A DNA stretch of 64,000 bases from an uncultured Candidatus Saccharibacteria bacterium. GTDB taxonomy: Bacteria; Patescibacteriota; Doudnabacteria; UBA920. Every line of letters starts with the position of its first letter. The stretch's first letter is position 1. Shown here in pieces: positions 36,104 to 45,247 of this stretch. Below the pieces are notes generated by a model. That model did not search any database and was not told where the DNA came from. It saw only the letters and a list, made by a program, of their open reading frames with translations. The position numbers and the translations under genes were made by a program. The DNA lies in contig CAYJQY010000005.1 in assembly GCA_964372905.1 (NCBI GenBank), positions 230 to 64,229 on the forward strand. The letters are read 5' to 3'.

Positions 36104-37354
36104 TCATAAATTAGGGTGGGCATTGGCACTCTCCAAATCCGCCAGCGCAAGGTCCCAAATCAATTCCACAATGGGCTCTGGTTTGCCGACCGAAGGATTA
36201 GTGTGCATATCCACATACGGCACGCTGTTGGCCTCCAAAATGCCGCAGATTTGCCCGCGCCAGGGTTTGGTGATGTCGGGGATGATGAAATCAATGCCGA
36301 CCAGGTCTGTGTTGAGCAGTTCGGCGGCGCGCAGGAATAATGCTTTGTTGTCCTCATGCGCCTCATCGGTAAAATTGATGATGTCATTGCCGCGGTCGGG
36401 CAACAGTTTGCCGATGCCGTACAGATAAACTTTTTGGCCCGCCGCGGGAATAGAAGCAAAAGTTAGGTTTTGCCCGGCCAGATATTGTTTGGTGATTTCA
36501 TCAAACGGCATTTTATGGAGCGAGGCGCTGGCATCAAACGCTTCACTTCGGCGCGGGTCGGCATTTTTGCTTTCCATGAGCTGGCGAATGCTCGACACGC
36601 CGTCTCCCACTACGTTGGCACGGTCGCGCAAACAAATAAAAACGTGGCGGCGATCAATTACCGTGCCGCGATGCATACCGCCGGACAAAAATCGCTCGAC
36701 AATAAATCTCGGTTGATACTGCTGAACAATATCTATCGCCTGCACCAATTCATCTTCATTTTTAACATTACATACCACATGCTGGGCCAGCGATCCCGTA
36801 TTGGGTTTGACCACCAGAGGAAAGCCCAAATTGCGCCCATACTCCATGCCGGCCGCCTTGCTGGTGAATACCATGCCTTCGGGCACGGGCAGGCCGCGCT
36901 CGGCCAGCGATCGTTTTACGTTAAATTTATGATCAATTTTAAATGAAGCTCCGCGCATGGTTAGCGGGATGCTTTCAAAATAGTAATTCCGGCCGCGGTA
37001 GCGGAACTTAATTTCATTACTGTAAGTTTTCCGCCCCAGGAGTTTGGTAATGGCAATATCCAAACCTCTTCTTTTCCCCTCCTTGTAAAAAACCAGGCTC
37101 CTCACGTTCATTAGCGTCGGATCCGGGTCCCTGACAAACTTCACCAAGCCGATTTTGCGAAAGCACTCCAGATACCATCCCCACAGCCAGTGACTTAAAC
37201 GGTGGGAACTTTTAGATTCCAAAAAAGACAGCGGCCGCACCAGCCAGTCCACGAATTCAAGCAGACGAGTAAAGTAATAATCCGCCTGAATGTCCCAATG
37301 CGTGGTCCGCTTGGACGGCCAGCAATGGGGGCAATATGCGGCAGTTGTTTTCAT
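36104..37354 (-). CDS. ATP-grasp family ligase (RimK/CphA-like) with ~150-aa N-terminal extension
   Basis: …GFPLVVKPNTGSLAQHV… ATP-grasp core; 416 aa. It overlaps the FMN-reductase stop (ATGA). Confidence 0.55.
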   Translation of the reverse strand: MKTTAAYCPHCWPSKRTTHWDIQADYYFTRLLEFVDWLVRPLSFLESKSSHRLSHWLWGWYLECFRKIGLVKFVRDPDPTLMNVRSLVFYKEGKRRGLDIAITKLLGRKTYSNEIKFRYRGRNYYFESIPLTMRGASFKIDHKFNVKRSLAERGLPVPEGMVFTSKAAGMEYGRNLGFPLVVKPNTGSLAQHVVCNVKNEDELVQAIDIVQQYQPRFIVERFLSGGMHRGTVIDRRHVFICLRDRANVVGDGVSSIRQLMESKNADPRRSEAFDASASLHKMPFDEITKQYLAGQNLTFASIPAAGQKVYLYGIGKLLPDRGNDIINFTDEAHEDNKALFLRAAELLNTDLVGIDFIIPDITKPWRGQICGILEANSVPYVDMHTNPSVGKPEPIVELIWDLALADLESANAHPNL

Positions 37355-37938
37355 TTTTTATTGAGATGATACTTGCTGGGGAGATTTTCCCGGCCCCAGC
37401 GCAAGATTTTGGCCATCCAGACCAGTTCGGCCAAAAAGCCGTCCACGCTTTTGTCATAAGCCGGATCGGTTATTTTACCCTGGTCATCAAATAATTTGCC
37501 TACGCGGGGAAACTGCAAATCGGTGAACGAAACGGCCAGGCCGAGCTCGCGCACCACTTGGACCAGCTGCTCAATAACCCGGACGCCGCCCCAGCCGCCG
37601 GCGGACACGCCAACCAAACCCGCGGCCTTATGGATGTATTCGGGCAGCAAAATATCAAGGGCGTGCTTCAAACTGCCCGGATAGCCGTGATTGTATTCCG
37701 GAGAAATAATAATCAGTCCGTCGGCGCGCACAACGGCATCGCGCCACTGCGGTACCGAGTCCTTAAAGTCCTGGCCTTCGGCATTGTCGGGTATATCCAT
37801 GTCGCGCGGGTCGAACAGTTGCGTTTCAATTTCCGGATGCGCCTGGACCCTCGGCAGTAAATAATCGGCGACTTTTTCGCTTTCGCGGCCGTCGCGCACC
37901 GTGCCGAGCAAAATTGGAATAAATAATTTTTGATTCAT
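37351..37938 (-). CDS. NADPH-dependent FMN reductase family flavoprotein
   Basis: Flavodoxin-like N-terminus LLGTVRDGRESEKV…IISPEYNHGYPGSLK. Confidence 0.65.
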   Translation of the reverse strand: MNQKLFIPILLGTVRDGRESEKVADYLLPRVQAHPEIETQLFDPRDMDIPDNAEGQDFKDSVPQWRDAVVRADGLIIISPEYNHGYPGSLKHALDILLPEYIHKAAGLVGVSAGGWGGVRVIEQLVQVVRELGLAVSFTDLQFPRVGKLFDDQGKITDPAYDKSVDGFLAELVWMAKILRWGRENLPSKYHLNKK

Positions 37939-37961
37939 GTTCTGGCATGCCTTTCCTTATA

Positions 37962-38273
37962 TTATATAATTTCCACCCCGTGCCAAAAGGCAAATCGGCC
38001 TTTAATATGCTGCGCGGCGCGGGTGGGTTCGGGGTAAACCCATGCGCCATCTTTATTTATTTTACCACCAACTTCTATATTATAATAATCACACACGCCT
38101 TTCCAAACGCAGGTATATTTATTGCCGCTGTTCATGAGATATTCCGTACGCACAGATTCCGGCGGAAAATAATGATTACCTTCCACGACAACAGTGTCGT
38201 TAGTCTCGGCAATAATCTCATTGTTCCAGATTGCTTTCATAACATCAAAATCTCCTTTCTGCAAAACCCGCAA
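37962..38273 (-). CDS. DUF427-family protein
   Basis: …VVVEGNHYFPPESV…CVWKGVCDYY…GAWVYPEP…GRFAFW pattern; 103 aa. Confidence 0.55.
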   Translation of the reverse strand: MRVLQKGDFDVMKAIWNNEIIAETNDTVVVEGNHYFPPESVRTEYLMNSGNKYTCVWKGVCDYYNIEVGGKINKDGAWVYPEPTRAAQHIKGRFAFWHGVEII

Positions 38274-38378
38274 TTTTTCTTTAATTAATTCTGTGCTTTT
38301 TTAAATATTAATTTTCGAGTCAAAAACCCAAAAATTTTAAAGGAAACTGGTTTTTTGAAATAAGTTCGTTTATCGGGG

Positions 38379-39344
38379 CTACTGATACAGTTCCGTATCG
38401 GGATGAAACGCGAACCAGGCAAACCAGAAAGTGTTAACCGGAATAATTTCCCGGCTGTCCGCGGCGTCAAAAATCTTTACCAAGCCGCCGTTATAATCAA
38501 TGTCCAGCCGGCGGTCGGCGAAATTGTCAGTAAGACGACCTTTGGTTTTTAAGAGGTCAAGCGGGTAGGCTTTAAACTTGCCTTGAACGCTAATGCCCAG
38601 GACGCGGGTTTTGGGGTGCAGACGCTGATCCTGATTTTTTACCGGGAAATAAATCTGCTCACTTTGATCGTAGCCGCCATAGGGGCCGCTATCGTAATTC
38701 CGCGAAAAACCAGTATCTTTGGACAACACTACGCCGCCGGGGAATTTATCGGCAAAAATTTGAAGCGGGATGACGCTGGCGTCCAATTGGGTAAGCTGGG
38801 TGCCGGTCAAAGGCCCAACCACGGCTTGTCCTAAAATCTGCTGCCACAGCGAATCGGTTTTGCGGTCGTACATAAGCAGGTCCGAATTGTGCAGTTTGCC
38901 CGATACGCCGAACTCCACGGCCTTTCCGTTAACGCGGCGATCAAACACTAATCCGGAACCGCACAGCGGGCAAAACGAAACCAAAATCGGCGTATTGCCG
39001 ATTTGATCATTCACCAGTTCGTGCCAAACCAGAACTTGGTAGGGATAAAAACGGTTTTCGCCGTTTAGGGTTACCGCCAATCCGAGGCCCTCCGCTTGAA
39101 ACTCGTTTTTGGCTTCAACCAAAGTTAGAAATTTGGGGTGATCAATGGAAGGAATGCCGTCCTTGCCCGGCCCGCCGTCAACGATCTCATCAAGCGGAAT
39201 GGAGTGTTTTAGCGCTACCGCGGCTTTGGTGTTTTCTTTCGGCAACGCAATGGTTTTCCTGCCCAACCGTTGATAACCGACCACAGCGATCAAACCGGCA
39301 ATAACAAAAACAATAATAAGAATGAGAAAATTTTGCTTCAGCAT
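38379..39344 (-). CDS. DUF3179-family signal-anchored protein
   Basis: N-terminal TM, then …VSFCPLCGSGLVFDR…VSGKLHNSDLLMYDRKTDSLWQQ pattern. Confidence 0.55.
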   Translation of the reverse strand: MLKQNFLILIIVFVIAGLIAVVGYQRLGRKTIALPKENTKAAVALKHSIPLDEIVDGGPGKDGIPSIDHPKFLTLVEAKNEFQAEGLGLAVTLNGENRFYPYQVLVWHELVNDQIGNTPILVSFCPLCGSGLVFDRRVNGKAVEFGVSGKLHNSDLLMYDRKTDSLWQQILGQAVVGPLTGTQLTQLDASVIPLQIFADKFPGGVVLSKDTGFSRNYDSGPYGGYDQSEQIYFPVKNQDQRLHPKTRVLGISVQGKFKAYPLDLLKTKGRLTDNFADRRLDIDYNGGLVKIFDAADSREIIPVNTFWFAWFAFHPDTELYQ

Positions 39345-39424
39345 GGTTAAATGAATCTGGTTGGTGACCGGTCAAGAAACCGGGCCGGAATTAACAATAA
39401 AGTATTTAATAATCGCAAACTGCT

Positions 39425-39988
39425 CTATAACTGGCTCACCGCCTGCAGCTGCGCCTCAAAACTGCTTTGAGTGGCGCCACCCCAGCGCTTTATTTCCTTA
39501 CCGGCTGAATCAATAACGATAAAATCCGGCGTGCCGTAAAGTCCCATTTGTTTGACCAAGTGCGGATTGGAATCAAAATCAATTTCTTTAATCGCTACTT
39601 TGTCGGCGAACTTGTTTACGCTCTTGTGAATGAACGGCCGCATGGCGTGGCAGATTTCGCACCACGGCGCGGAAACCCACACCACGGTTTTTTTGTCTTT
39701 TTCCGCCAGGTCAACTAAAGTATTTATTCGCCCCTTAACGAAATAGTTATCATTTTCCTGCTCGTTGCCGCCTTCGGTTTTGTAGGGCCCCTGGGCATTG
39801 GCCGTCGCCGCGGAGCCGCCGCTATTCCCCGCAACAGACAAAGACGGAGAATCCTCTGTAACATCTTGATAACGGGCGGCTAATTCCTGCTCACGGCGGT
39901 TCTTGCCGTTTATGATGAGCCCGATGCCGCCAATGAGCAGAACGGCAATGGCCATCCATGTAACATAGGCGCTTGTTTTTTTCTTCAT
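39425..39988 (-). CDS. membrane-anchored thioredoxin-like thiol:disulfide oxidoreductase (TlpA/ResA-like)
   Basis: WCEIC (CxxC) in a thioredoxin fold, with an N-terminal TM helix. Confidence 0.7.
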   Translation of the reverse strand: MKKKTSAYVTWMAIAVLLIGGIGLIINGKNRREQELAARYQDVTEDSPSLSVAGNSGGSAATANAQGPYKTEGGNEQENDNYFVKGRINTLVDLAEKDKKTVVWVSAPWCEICHAMRPFIHKSVNKFADKVAIKEIDFDSNPHLVKQMGLYGTPDFIVIDSAGKEIKRWGGATQSSFEAQLQAVSQL

Positions 39989-40069
39989 GGTTTCTTAATA
40001 ATTTTTAATTGATTATTGCTTATTTAATACTTTTCGGCGCTCACGACTACAGGCGTGTAAGTCCCCACT

Positions 40070-40798
40070 TTACAGCGCGAAATTTGGATAATACTGCAAA
40101 ATCCAATTCTGCGCTGTCCGATCCCAGTTAAAAATAAAACTAACGGCAACGAGGATGAGGATGGCGCCCGCGACTTTTTTAATTCCCTCGGCTTTTTCCG
40201 ACAGCCAACGAAAACGGCTAATTAACTTGTTGCTGAAAAAAGCCAACAGGAGCATGGGAATGCCCGCGCCGAGCGAATACAATAAAAAGTAAAACAGGCT
40301 CAAGCCCAAGTTCTGGCGGCTGGCGGCAAAGGTCAGTACGGCGCCAAATACCGGGCCCACGCAGGGAATCCAGGCAAAACCCAGACCCAGGCCGGTAAAA
40401 AATCCGGACACTACGCCGCGAGACTGCTCTGGAGCGTGGTTTTTCCGCAGGAACGCCGCCCTAAAATAAAATTCAAATTTGCCGATAATGCGGGAACTGA
40501 TTTCCGGAAAAAGCAGGCCGAGCCCGAAAATGAACAGCAAAACAACGGCGATATTGCGAAAATCAAACACGCTCAAGCCCAGCGCTTGGCCAAAAGCGGA
40601 AATGCCGAAACCGACCAGCGTAAAGCCGAACATCAAACCCAGTGTAATGAATACCGGCTTCCACTTGCTTCTTTGAAGACTGGCGGCCAGAAACGGCGGC
40701 AGAATCGGCAGGATGCAGGGAGAAAGTATGGTTATGAACCCTGCCAAAAAGATGGTAAGAATCGGCAATGTCATAATAACCTGTTCTTCCTGCGTCAA
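40070..40798 (-). CDS. ccdA: cytochrome c biogenesis / disulfide transfer membrane protein CcdA (DsbD family)
   Basis: ILSPCILP and AWIPCVGP conserved Cys motifs; 6+ TM helices. Confidence 0.8.
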   Translation of the reverse strand: MTQEEQVIMTLPILTIFLAGFITILSPCILPILPPFLAASLQRSKWKPVFITLGLMFGFTLVGFGISAFGQALGLSVFDFRNIAVVLLFIFGLGLLFPEISSRIIGKFEFYFRAAFLRKNHAPEQSRGVVSGFFTGLGLGFAWIPCVGPVFGAVLTFAASRQNLGLSLFYFLLYSLGAGIPMLLLAFFSNKLISRFRWLSEKAEGIKKVAGAILILVAVSFIFNWDRTAQNWILQYYPNFAL

Positions 40799-41107
40799 TT
40801 ATTCGCAGATTATTTTTTCAAGCTTTTTTGAAAAATCATTTTCCACCAAAATGTAACAAATCATGTTGCCCATGCGCTCGGTTACAAACAAGCCGTTATC
40901 GCGCATGATTTGGAGATGATGAGAAATGCTGGCAATGCTCATATCCAGGCCCGCGGCAATCTCGGACACGCAGGCCTTTTTGTTTTCAAACATAAAACAC
41001 AAAATCCGGATGCGCGTCTGGTCTCCGGCAAGGGCCAATAGCCGGGCCCGTTTTACCAGATCCGAGGTCAAGAGATACGGTTTGACTTTAAGTCTAGTGG
41101 TTTCCAT
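40799..41107 (-). CDS. ArsR/SmtB-family HTH transcriptional regulator
   Basis: …CVSEIAAGLDMSIASISHHLQIMRDNGL… wHTH; 102 aa. Abuts ccdA. Confidence 0.7.
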   Translation of the reverse strand: METTRLKVKPYLLTSDLVKRARLLALAGDQTRIRILCFMFENKKACVSEIAAGLDMSIASISHHLQIMRDNGLFVTERMGNMICYILVENDFSKKLEKIICE

Positions 41108-41113
41108 TTGAGT

Positions 41114-41141
41114 ATTCTAACATTCAAACAACTATTAGAAT
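41114..41141. promoter_or_regulatory. candidate ArsR operator: 7-bp inverted repeat attctaa-N14-ttagaat immediately upstream of arsR
   Basis: Lies 7–35 nt upstream of the arsR ATG. Confidence 0.3.
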
Positions 41142-41278
41142 TCTATACTGCCCGGCGGATGTTGTCAAGTCTGAAATGCGAATTGAAATACAGGCTTAAC
41201 TAAAAGAAAAACGGCCAAATATTAGCCGCGAATACTAAATATGCGCTGACTAAACAGGCTCGCTCGGTTGAATATGTC

Positions 41279-42262
41279 TTAACGAATTAAATTATTCCAA
41301 TCCTGGGCAAAGCGTTCTATGCCCTTGTCGGTGAGATCGTGATGGAGGTCAAACGAACGCCAGTCTTTGTTTAAATCTAATTGCTGATATGGAATTGGTT
41401 TGAGTTCACCGGCATTATATTTGAAATCCGCGCCCGGCACGGGCATTTTTCTATCTCCCCATTCTTTCAGAATTTTAAACGGCGCGGTGATAATGTCGCT
41501 GCCGAGCGCCAAGGCGTAGAGAAAGTGTTCCATGGTGCGCACGCTGGCGGTGAGCACTTCCACATGGCCGTCAGGCGCGTGGTCACCGAACGCGCGGCCA
41601 TCGGACGCGCGGCCAGCAACGCTTGTTTGGCCTGCGGCGCTCCCGTTGCCGGAGCCAGCGGAACTCGTGTACCCGCCAGCCGCACCGCCTTCGCCGCCCC
41701 GATACATTTTTATGATATTGGCAATAAGGCCCATGCCGTTTTCGCCGCGGTCATCCAACCGGCCCACGAACGGCGAGACAAACACAGCGCCCTTTTTGGC
41801 GCCGCGCGTGGCCGCATACACGGCCACGGCCTGCGCCTGCGAAAAGCATAAAGTCATATTCACGCGCATACCCTCTTTGATCGCGCGTTCCGCGGCTTCC
41901 AAACCCGCGGCCGTGGTCGGAAATTTTATGTGCGCGTTGGGAATCCAGCCGAACATTTCCTGACCTTGCGCGAACATTTGCTCGGCAGTGGTTAAGCCAT
42001 CGGCATAAACTTCAATGGAGATGGAACCGCCCGGCATCATCTTGGAAAGTTCGCCCACGACTTCCTTATAAAATCCGTAAATTTCTTCCGAAGTGAATTT
42101 TTCGCCGCGCGCCATGCGGGCCGCTGCTTTGGGATGTTTGGCAATCAGGCTGGGGTTGGTAGTCTGGCCGTCCAGAAAACCCAGCAGCTCAATGGCCTGT
42201 TTGGTTTCGGCCGGATCGCCGCTGTCAATAAAAATTTTGGTTTTGAGATTTTGCGAGCGCAT
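41279..42262 (-). CDS. tal: transaldolase (TalC/FSA-like) with ~45-aa G/S/A-rich insertion
   Basis: IFIDSGDPAE…GQTTNPSL…SIEVYADG motifs; the insert is GGEGGAAGGYTSSAGSGNGSAAGQTSVAGRASDG…. Confidence 0.8.
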   Translation of the reverse strand: MRSQNLKTKIFIDSGDPAETKQAIELLGFLDGQTTNPSLIAKHPKAAARMARGEKFTSEEIYGFYKEVVGELSKMMPGGSISIEVYADGLTTAEQMFAQGQEMFGWIPNAHIKFPTTAAGLEAAERAIKEGMRVNMTLCFSQAQAVAVYAATRGAKKGAVFVSPFVGRLDDRGENGMGLIANIIKMYRGGEGGAAGGYTSSAGSGNGSAAGQTSVAGRASDGRAFGDHAPDGHVEVLTASVRTMEHFLYALALGSDIITAPFKILKEWGDRKMPVPGADFKYNAGELKPIPYQQLDLNKDWRSFDLHHDLTDKGIERFAQDWNNLIR

Positions 42263-42294
42263 GTGTTAACTTTATAAATCAAACTGAATAAAAA

Positions 42295-42567
42295 TTAGGA
42301 GATTGAAACGCGCAACTTTGCATCCAAAGCACTTGCCACCCTGTGCAAAAATTTAATCGTAGGATTGTAACTACCGCATTCCAGCCGCGAAATAACCGGC
42401 TGCTTGGTTCCGATCTTTTTTGCCAGCTGCTTTTGCGTAAGTCCCTGCTTAAGCCGTTCCCGAATTATCATTTCAATCAAAGCAAACTCCGGACCTAACT
42501 CATCATAGGCCTTTTTTATTGCCTTATCCTTCAATAATCGCGATTTAAAACTTTCAAAATTTTTCAT
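42295..42567 (-). CDS. XRE-family HTH protein (HigA/antitoxin-like, 90 aa)
   Basis: …LTQKQLAKKIGTKQPVISRLECG… HTH_3. The ORF-track start is TTG; ATG 42567 was used. Confidence 0.55.
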   Translation of the reverse strand: MKNFESFKSRLLKDKAIKKAYDELGPEFALIEMIIRERLKQGLTQKQLAKKIGTKQPVISRLECGSYNPTIKFLHRVASALDAKLRVSIS

Positions 42568-42588
42568 AACAATATCTCCCAATATCTA

Positions 42589-42608
42589 ATATAACCTATA
42601 AGTTATAT
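42589..42608. promoter_or_regulatory. candidate operator: atataac-N6-gttatat inverted repeat upstream of the XRE gene
   Basis: Lies 22–41 nt upstream of ATG 42567. Confidence 0.3.
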
Positions 42609-42730
42609 TGTGTCAAGGCCCGATATTTTGTCGCGGCTCTGCTCAATTCTCTCCGGGGGTGTTCTTTGGGATTTTTTTACAAAGGCCGAGAGCAAAAATA
42701 CCAGATGAATTGACTGCGGTCAACATAGCG

Positions 42731-43498
42731 TTAATCATCTTCAATCACTGCTTTTGCAAGTTTATCTAAATTGAGCTTTTGCCTGTGTCGCAATGATTTT
42801 GCCAATCTCCTAAACCGTAACCATTGTGTATTGGTCATTTGGTGTTCTTCGGCAAAACCGTACAAATAATTATCATCTTTTATTTCACTAATAATATCGC
42901 TGTCAACTAATCGTTCAGTGTTCCAGTCATAAACAGGAGATCCGTCAGGCTCATCATATTTATGAGGAAAATTTCCGACAATTCTTTCAATATGGTATTG
43001 ATCCAAAAATCTGATCCAACTGTTTCTCCCGATTTCGCTGTATTGTGATTCCATATCTTCCTTTATTCTACTAGCGGGAATGCTGTCTAAAACAATATAT
43101 ATCCTATCTTTATCATCCTGTAAAACGAAAGCCGAAAGTTGGATTTTAATTTCTAAATTTATACCCTGTAAATATTTTGTTAATTTATCCTCAACCTCAG
43201 TATGCGGGTATCTGTGGTCTCCAATATCAACGGGGTTTTCCAACCAAATTTGATAGTTCCAATCTGGTCCTTCATCATTGCTACAAACAAAAATTAAAGC
43301 CGGACCTTGTTTTTTTATTTTCATTATGCCGACTCCTTCATAACCGTATGCCGCATCTTTCATTTCTTGTTCAGACTCATAAACGGGCAGGCTGGCTAAT
43401 TTATCATAAAAAATCCTTCTGAAATCGAGTCGCTGCCCAATATCCTTTTGTTCCGTGACTCTCTCTCTCTCTGGATTTACATTTTTACGCATAAACAA
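42731..43498 (-). CDS. hypothetical protein, 255 aa, low GC
   Basis: No recognised motif; it lies directly upstream of the XRE-HTH gene. Confidence 0.45.
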   Translation of the reverse strand: MFMRKNVNPERERVTEQKDIGQRLDFRRIFYDKLASLPVYESEQEMKDAAYGYEGVGIMKIKKQGPALIFVCSNDEGPDWNYQIWLENPVDIGDHRYPHTEVEDKLTKYLQGINLEIKIQLSAFVLQDDKDRIYIVLDSIPASRIKEDMESQYSEIGRNSWIRFLDQYHIERIVGNFPHKYDEPDGSPVYDWNTERLVDSDIISEIKDDNYLYGFAEEHQMTNTQWLRFRRLAKSLRHRQKLNLDKLAKAVIEDD

Positions 43499-43506
43499 TA
43501 TTAAGC

Positions 43507-44220
43507 TTAACGATTTTGGATATCAGTGAAAATTTGCATATTTCTCATCTCCTGCCAGATGCGCGCCGGGGTTTCGGCTAGGCTACCGGTGCCGGCCAGC
43601 ACCCGCTGGAGCGCGGCGCGCTTTTTCGGACCGGCTACAAACGCTACGGCCGCATCAACTTCGGTCCGCAAAAACGGCAGAGTCGCAGTGGCGCGATAAC
43701 GATACTCATGTTTGCCTTCTGCATTATACCCTATCATCCATTGTTGCACATCATCAAATAATCGCTTAAATAAGCTCTTATTTTCCGGATAAGCCATGAT
43801 TCCGGCCGTGTGACCGTCCGGTCCCATGCCCAATGTGGCCAAAATATTGCCGGTGGGAAACTGCTGCGTCCAGGTTTTCCAAGCCGCTTCAAGGCGGCGG
43901 GCGAATTGTTCCAGAGTTTCCCCGGTTTGCACACGGCTATCAATAAACTGCACTCCGCGACGAGCCGCTACCTGGGCAAAAGGCGTAGCGGACAGCTGGA
44001 CAAAATTGTTAATGACAGAATCAGCGTCGTAGCGTTCATCAATCATACCAATGGTTACCCGGTTTGACAACAGATCAGCTTTAATATGATTGAACAGACT
44101 GAAAGATGAGCCCCCAGCCAGGAGCAGAAGGATTGGGCCGGGCTGCTGCAACAGCGAAGCCAAGGCGCCGGCCGCAGCTTTCACGGCTTCGTCTTTACTG
44201 CCCAAATACTGGATCCGCAT
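43507..44220 (-). CDS. pgl: 6-phosphogluconolactonase (NagB/Pgl family)
   Basis: LLLAGGSS…GMGPDGHTAGI family motifs. The PPP context favours Pgl over NagB. Confidence 0.6.
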   Translation of the reverse strand: MRIQYLGSKDEAVKAAAGALASLLQQPGPILLLLAGGSSFSLFNHIKADLLSNRVTIGMIDERYDADSVINNFVQLSATPFAQVAARRGVQFIDSRVQTGETLEQFARRLEAAWKTWTQQFPTGNILATLGMGPDGHTAGIMAYPENKSLFKRLFDDVQQWMIGYNAEGKHEYRYRATATLPFLRTEVDAAVAFVAGPKKRAALQRVLAGTGSLAETPARIWQEMRNMQIFTDIQNR

Positions 44221-45224
44221 TATGGCCCCCGCTTGCGGCGCGGCGCACGGGTCTGACCGTAAGGCCCCGTCCTGTTGGCATGATGCAAAGTGGTAATATA
44301 GCGGATGGTGCCGGACATGGCGCGCATAACTACCGAATGAGTTGTGATGTGATGATCGTTGAAGATCACGCCGTTAAGTAAGGGGCCGTCGATAACGCCG
44401 GTGGCGGTAAAAGTTAACTGATTGCCTTGGGCCAGCATTTCCGAAGTAAAAATTTTATTGATATTTTTGATGCCGTGGCGTCTGATGTTGACAGCGTCCT
44501 TTTCGTCGCGCGGTTTGAATCGAGCCAGAATCTCGCCGCCGAGAATTTTTATGGCTGCGGCAGCTAAAACCGCCTCGGTGCTGGCGCCAATGCCCATGAG
44601 CAGATCGACACCGGAGTCAGGCAGACTTGGCGCGATGGCACCGGCCACATCGCCGTCGGTAATGAGCCGGACGCGGGCGCCGGCGGCGCGCACCTGCTCC
44701 ATTAATTTTTCATGACGCTCGCGCTCGAGCATAATTACCGTGATGTCGCGCACATTTTTCCCTAACACCTTGGCCACACGGTTTATATTAACTTTGGACG
44801 GCGCATCAAGGTCAATAACTTTTCGCGCCCGCGGACCAACGGCGAGTTTATCCATATAAGTATCGGGGGCATGGAGCAGCGAGCCACGCGCACCAGTAAC
44901 AATAACGGCTATTGCATTGTAGCGGCCGAGCGCCACGCTGTCCGTAGCTTCCAGCGGGTCCACGGCCAAATCCATGTATGGGCCTTTGCCGGTGCGGTGC
45001 CCGCGCCCGACCTTTTCGCCGGTATACAGCATGGGCGCTTCGTCCTTCTCCCCTTCCCCGATCACGACTTTACCGGCAAAATCAATCTGGTTGAAGCGCG
45101 CGCGCATTTCTTTTACCGCGGCGCCGTCCGCGGCGTGCTTGTCGCCGCGGCCAATCCAACGGGCGGCCGCGATAGCGGCCGCCTCGGTCACTCGAATAAA
45201 TTCCAGCGCAAGGTTGCGATCCAT
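44220..45224 (-). CDS. glpX: fructose-1,6-bisphosphatase class II
   Basis: MDRNLALEFIRVTEAAAIAAARWIGRGDK… GlpX N-terminus. Confidence 0.85.
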   Translation of the reverse strand: MDRNLALEFIRVTEAAAIAAARWIGRGDKHAADGAAVKEMRARFNQIDFAGKVVIGEGEKDEAPMLYTGEKVGRGHRTGKGPYMDLAVDPLEATDSVALGRYNAIAVIVTGARGSLLHAPDTYMDKLAVGPRARKVIDLDAPSKVNINRVAKVLGKNVRDITVIMLERERHEKLMEQVRAAGARVRLITDGDVAGAIAPSLPDSGVDLLMGIGASTEAVLAAAAIKILGGEILARFKPRDEKDAVNIRRHGIKNINKIFTSEMLAQGNQLTFTATGVIDGPLLNGVIFNDHHITTHSVVMRAMSGTIRYITTLHHANRTGPYGQTRAPRRKRGP

Positions 45225-45247
45225 TGTTTATCAATAAATTTATATTT

